From the NCBI GenBank assembly GCA_965208105.1, contig OZ242318.1, positions 271,189 through 335,188 of the forward strand: DNA of 64,000 nt, read 5' to 3'. Numbering within the stretch: the stretch's first letter is position 1; every line of letters begins with the position of its first letter. Source of the stretch: Candidatus Latescibacterota bacterium. GTDB lineage: Bacteria; Latescibacterota; UBA2968; UBA8231. Positions 61,035-64,000 of the stretch are shown piece by piece. A program made the translations under genes and the position numbers. Under the pieces are notes generated by a model. The model was given only the letters and a program-made list of their open reading frames with translations. It did not search any database and was not told where the DNA came from.

Positions 61035-62060
61035 GTGGCCGAAGCGATAGGTGAATACAATCTGACCCGGAAGGATTTCGTTTCCGACCAGGAGGTCCGC
61101 TGGTGCCCGGGGTGTGGAGATTATGCCATTCTCGCCCAGATGCAGAAGGTGCTTCCCGAGATCGGAGTCCCCCGCGAGAAAATCGTTTTTGTCTCGGGGA
61201 TCGGCTGCTCGAGCCGCTTCCCCTATTACATGAACACCTACGGCATTCACACGATTCACGGCCGGGCACCGACCATTGCCACCGGGCTCAAAACCATCAA
61301 TCCCGATTTGAGCGTTTGGGTCATTACCGGCGACGGAGACGGCCTGTCCATAGGAGGCAACCACCTGCTGCACTGCCTGCGCCGCAATGTCGACGTGAAA
61401 ATCATTCTGTTCAACAACCGCATATACGGCCTCACCAAGGGGCAATATTCTCCCACCTCACTGCCGGGCCATCGCACCAGGTCCACGCCCATGGGGTCCT
61501 TGGACTATCCCCTCAAGCCCGTGTCCGTCGCCCTTGGGGCGGAGGCTACCTTCGTCGCCCGCACCCAGGACACCAATACCCACCACCTGAGCACCGTGTT
61601 GAAGCGGGCCGCGACCCACAGGGGAACGGCGTTCGTGGAAATCTACCAGAATTGCGTCGTCTACAACCCCACCGCCTGGGACCATACCACCAACCCGGAT
61701 GTGAGAGACGACAATATCGTTTTCCTCGAGGACGGCAAACCTCTGGTGTTCGGCAAGGAAAGCGACAAGGGGATCCGCTTCAATGGTCTGGAACCGGAGG
61801 TCGTGTCGCTGGGCAATGGAACCAGCGAGGAAGATCTGATCGTCCACAGGGAGGATCTCGAGAACGACAGCTACGCCTACATGATCAGCCGCATGGAATT
61901 TCCCCGGTTTCCCCTGGTTTTCGGGGTCTTGCGGGCGGTCGAGAGGCCTGCTTATACGGACATGGTCAACGAACAGGTCAGGCAGGCACAGGACCGGCTG
62001 GGAGAGGGTGATCTCGAGGTCCTGTTCCACAGCGGCGATACATGGGAGATCGAGGGGTGA
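61035..62060 (+). CDS. korB: 2-oxoacid:ferredoxin oxidoreductase subunit beta (TPP-binding)
   Basis: 341 aa. WCPGCGDYAIL, GIGCSSRFPYY, GDGDGLSIGGNH, NNRIYGLTKGQ. Confidence 0.9.
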   Translation: MAEAIGEYNLTRKDFVSDQEVRWCPGCGDYAILAQMQKVLPEIGVPREKIVFVSGIGCSSRFPYYMNTYGIHTIHGRAPTIATGLKTINPDLSVWVITGDGDGLSIGGNHLLHCLRRNVDVKIILFNNRIYGLTKGQYSPTSLPGHRTRSTPMGSLDYPLKPVSVALGAEATFVARTQDTNTHHLSTVLKRAATHRGTAFVEIYQNCVVYNPTAWDHTTNPDVRDDNIVFLEDGKPLVFGKESDKGIRFNGLEPEVVSLGNGTSEEDLIVHREDLENDSYAYMISRMEFPRFPLVFGVLRAVERPAYTDMVNEQVRQAQDRLGEGDLEVLFHSGDTWEIEG

Positions 62061-62112
62061 AGGTTCTCGCCGGCGGCATTCTGGTTCGATATTGCAGGGG
62101 ACGGGGACCCCG

Positions 62113-62634
62113 GTGAATTGTCCTGCCTGTGGTTACGACAATTTCTCCGGAGTGGATATCTGCGAGGATTGCGGCCAGAGCCTCGTTCAGGACTACCTCT
62201 CCGATTCGGAGGAGGGGTGGCACAGGATTTTTGCCGAGCCGCTATCCGTTCTCAATCCCAGGAAACCGGTGTGTGTGACCAGGGACGCGACCGTCGCCGA
62301 AGTCATCACCCTGCTCAAGGGCAAGAACGTCGGATTCGTCCTTGTGGTCGGAGATGAAGGGAAGCTCGTGGGGATTTTCACCGAGCGCGACGTGCTCTAC
62401 CGGGTGGCCGGCCTCATCGAAAACCTGAAGGACATTCTGGTGGAGAGTTTGATGACGCCGAGGCCGACCAGCCTCAAAGCCTCGATGCCCATATCGCACG
62501 CGCTGCACTTGATGGGCCTGCATGGATTTCGCCACGTTCCCCTTGTCGATGAAGACGACCGGCCCCTCAGCTCCATCGCCTTCCGGGACATTGTCCAGTT
62601 CATAGAAAAGAACTTCTCTTCACAGACTGCCTGA
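62113..62634 (+). CDS. CBS-domain pair protein with N-terminal zinc ribbon
   Basis: GTG 62113 within ORF 62008..62634. VNCPACGYDNFSGVDICEDCG, then ...VGDEGKLVGIFTERDVLYRV... and ...GFRHVPLVDEDDRPLSSIAFRD. Confidence 0.7.
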   Translation: MNCPACGYDNFSGVDICEDCGQSLVQDYLSDSEEGWHRIFAEPLSVLNPRKPVCVTRDATVAEVITLLKGKNVGFVLVVGDEGKLVGIFTERDVLYRVAGLIENLKDILVESLMTPRPTSLKASMPISHALHLMGLHGFRHVPLVDEDDRPLSSIAFRDIVQFIEKNFSSQTA

Positions 62635-62717
62635 TCGGACGATCCCTTGGGGACCTGTGCCGTGAGGGCCGGCCCGAAGACTTCTGTCAGCATCCTTCTG
62701 GAAAGGTAGGCTGCTTC

Positions 62718-63206
62718 ATGCTCTCTGGAATGACGTCCACACGGATCGGGTTTCTCGCAATGATGATAGCTGTCTTTGCGCGGGAGCCCGTCGAAGCCAG
62801 GATCGAGAGCGGCGATCTGAACATGCATCGAGCTGTTCTGGAGGGGGAGTGGCTGCAGTTGAAACTCGGGATGATGGGGTTGCGGTTGAGCTACCCGGCC
62901 TATCGCATAAATCTGGAGTTGGACGATAAAAACACCATTGTGTTCACCTTCCTCAGCAGCAGTGGACTATCCGAGCATCTCGTCAAGGTGGGGCCGGTCG
63001 AAGCCGAACAGATGCTCAAGTACCATGCGGAAGGAATCCGCCATCAGGTCGAGCAGCTTGTCAAGAATGAATTCCCCAACCTGTGGACCAGCTATGATCC
63101 CGAGAGTGATTTCAAAGGGGAATTCCTGGTTCCGGCCGAGGATCTCGAGACCGGACCGCGGCAACTGGCATACTGGAAAAACGACAGGCTCTACTGGAGT
63201 CCCTAG
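62718..63206 (+). CDS. Hypothetical secreted protein
   Basis: 162-aa ORF with an N-terminal hydrophobic segment. No family recognised. Confidence 0.4.
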   Translation: MLSGMTSTRIGFLAMMIAVFAREPVEARIESGDLNMHRAVLEGEWLQLKLGMMGLRLSYPAYRINLELDDKNTIVFTFLSSSGLSEHLVKVGPVEAEQMLKYHAEGIRHQVEQLVKNEFPNLWTSYDPESDFKGEFLVPAEDLETGPRQLAYWKNDRLYWSP

Positions 63207-63390
63207 TGCCCCTTCCCGGAGATAGGTTGACGAAATAAGGCCGTCGAGGCGGCCGGCTCACAAGGCGCCTGGGCGAGTCGTACCAGTAGTGTACGGCGAG
63301 TGAAGGCAACGCCGTGAGCGGGGATGGATCGGCGGAATAATGGCGACAAATTTCTGCGAGGGGGCAGGCACCAGTGGTTGAGGGGGCGGT

Positions 63391-63618
63391 TCACTCGGGG
63401 TCGCGGGACGAGGAATCCCTGTTCAAAGATTCGTTGAGGTGGATGAGTTTGTCGATGGCCGATTCCTCGGTGGTCACCAACCATCCCCTGACCATTTTCC
63501 CCAGGACCAGGATTTCCTTCGGCACCGCCTCTACAACCTTTGAATACCGAGTGTGGCGCTCGCGGTTGATGCAGAAAAAGGTGTGCCGTCGGGTCGTTCC
63601 CTTTTCGACCATATCCAT
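63391..63618 (-). CDS. Small hypothetical protein downstream of hemE
   Basis: 75-aa ORF 12 nt after the hemE stop. No family recognised. Confidence 0.35.
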   Translation of the reverse strand: MDMVEKGTTRRHTFFCINRERHTRYSKVVEAVPKEILVLGKMVRGWLVTTEESAIDKLIHLNESLNRDSSSRDPE

Positions 63619-63630
63619 GGCTTGCCTCCT

Positions 63631-64000
63631 TCAGGTGTTGTCCGCTCTGTACTCGTGCACAGTATCGACGAGCAATCGAACGTGGTCAAGAGGTGTTTCG
63701 GGCAGAATTCCATGGCCCAGATTGAAAATGTGGGCAATGCCTTCGGTGCTTCGCAGGATTTTCCTCGCTTCGGAAATGATGGCTTCGGGAGTACTCAGAA
63801 GAACGGAGGGGTCGAGGTTGCCCTGAAGCGGAACCCGGTCTCCGAAAAGCCTGGAGGCATCTGCGAGGTCCGTGCGCCAATCAAGGGCCAGTACATCGGC
63901 ACCGACCTTTGGCAGCAATGGGAGCAGGTGAGTTGCTCCTAGAGCAAAGTAGATCCGCGGTGTTTGCAAGCCCTCAAGTGCGGAAAAAATGCGCTGCAGG
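63631..64000 (-). CDS. hemE: Uroporphyrinogen decarboxylase, C-terminal part (5' end outside the window)
   Basis: ...DVLALDWRTDLADA...LQGNLDPSVLLSTPEAIISEARKIL...HIFNLGHGILPETP. The frame stays open to the window end. Confidence 0.85.
   Translation of the reverse strand, partial: LQRIFSALEGLQTPRIYFALGATHLLPLLPKVGADVLALDWRTDLADASRLFGDRVPLQGNLDPSVLLSTPEAIISEARKILRSTEGIAHIFNLGHGILPETPLDHVRLLVDTVHEYRADNT

Noticed and set aside
63203-63484. 93-aa - strand ORF in the convergent intergenic region after 62718..63206
   Set aside because: It overlaps the 3' part of the better-supported 63391..63618 ORF in another frame. The rest spans non-coding-looking sequence, with no RBS or motif.

Overview
This is a high-G+C bacterial chromosomal window, densely coded, with many spurious antisense shadow ORFs in the track. 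The taxon cannot be fixed from the sequence. A T9SS-type C-terminal sorting domain, a PSCyt1-like CxxCH lipoprotein, LVIVD repeats and imelysin suggest an uncultured FCB-group or Gemmatimonadota-like organism (inference only).

Layout:
- 1-13.6 kb: housekeeping and sugar-oxidation genes (TIM-barrel isomerase, gluconolactonase, DMT transporter, GNAT, VOC, PhyH, AstE-like, three Gfo/Idh/MocA in the window overall), a phd-vapC toxin-antitoxin pair and a secreted LVIVD protein.
- 13.7-28.4 kb: an accessory or defence-type region. It holds two decayed hsdM remnants bracketing a higBA pair whose toxin carries an in-frame amber codon. Next comes a visibly AT-richer islet (ABM-like, SAM-methyltransferase, C-N hydrolase, rhodanese), then an SLC13 transporter. 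It ends with a translationally coupled type I R-M operon (hsdR-hsdS-hsdM) that has an embedded AlbA_2/HATPase_c_4 gene and a trailing RDD::signal-peptidase-I-like fusion gene.
- 28.4-32.2 kb: VOC gene, an orphan EgtB-like gene flanked by 26-nt direct repeats, an IS630-family element and a duplicated HhH protein.
- 32.2-45 kb: a long minus-strand haem and iron acquisition region (TonB receptor, CxxCH lipoprotein, tandem HmuY, unknown Cys/His protein, HemS, HmuTUV, then DUF1111 di-haem protein, imelysin and a porin).
- 45-64 kb: an uncharacterised carbohydrate-type cluster, envelope proteins, a degenerate UvrA paralog, korAB flanked by two CBS paralogs, and partial hemE.

No rRNA, tRNA or CRISPR array was recognised. 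The best candidate for something undescribed is the five-gene R-M-linked operon at 19.7-28.2 kb, followed by the neighbouring methyltransferase/C-N hydrolase islet.
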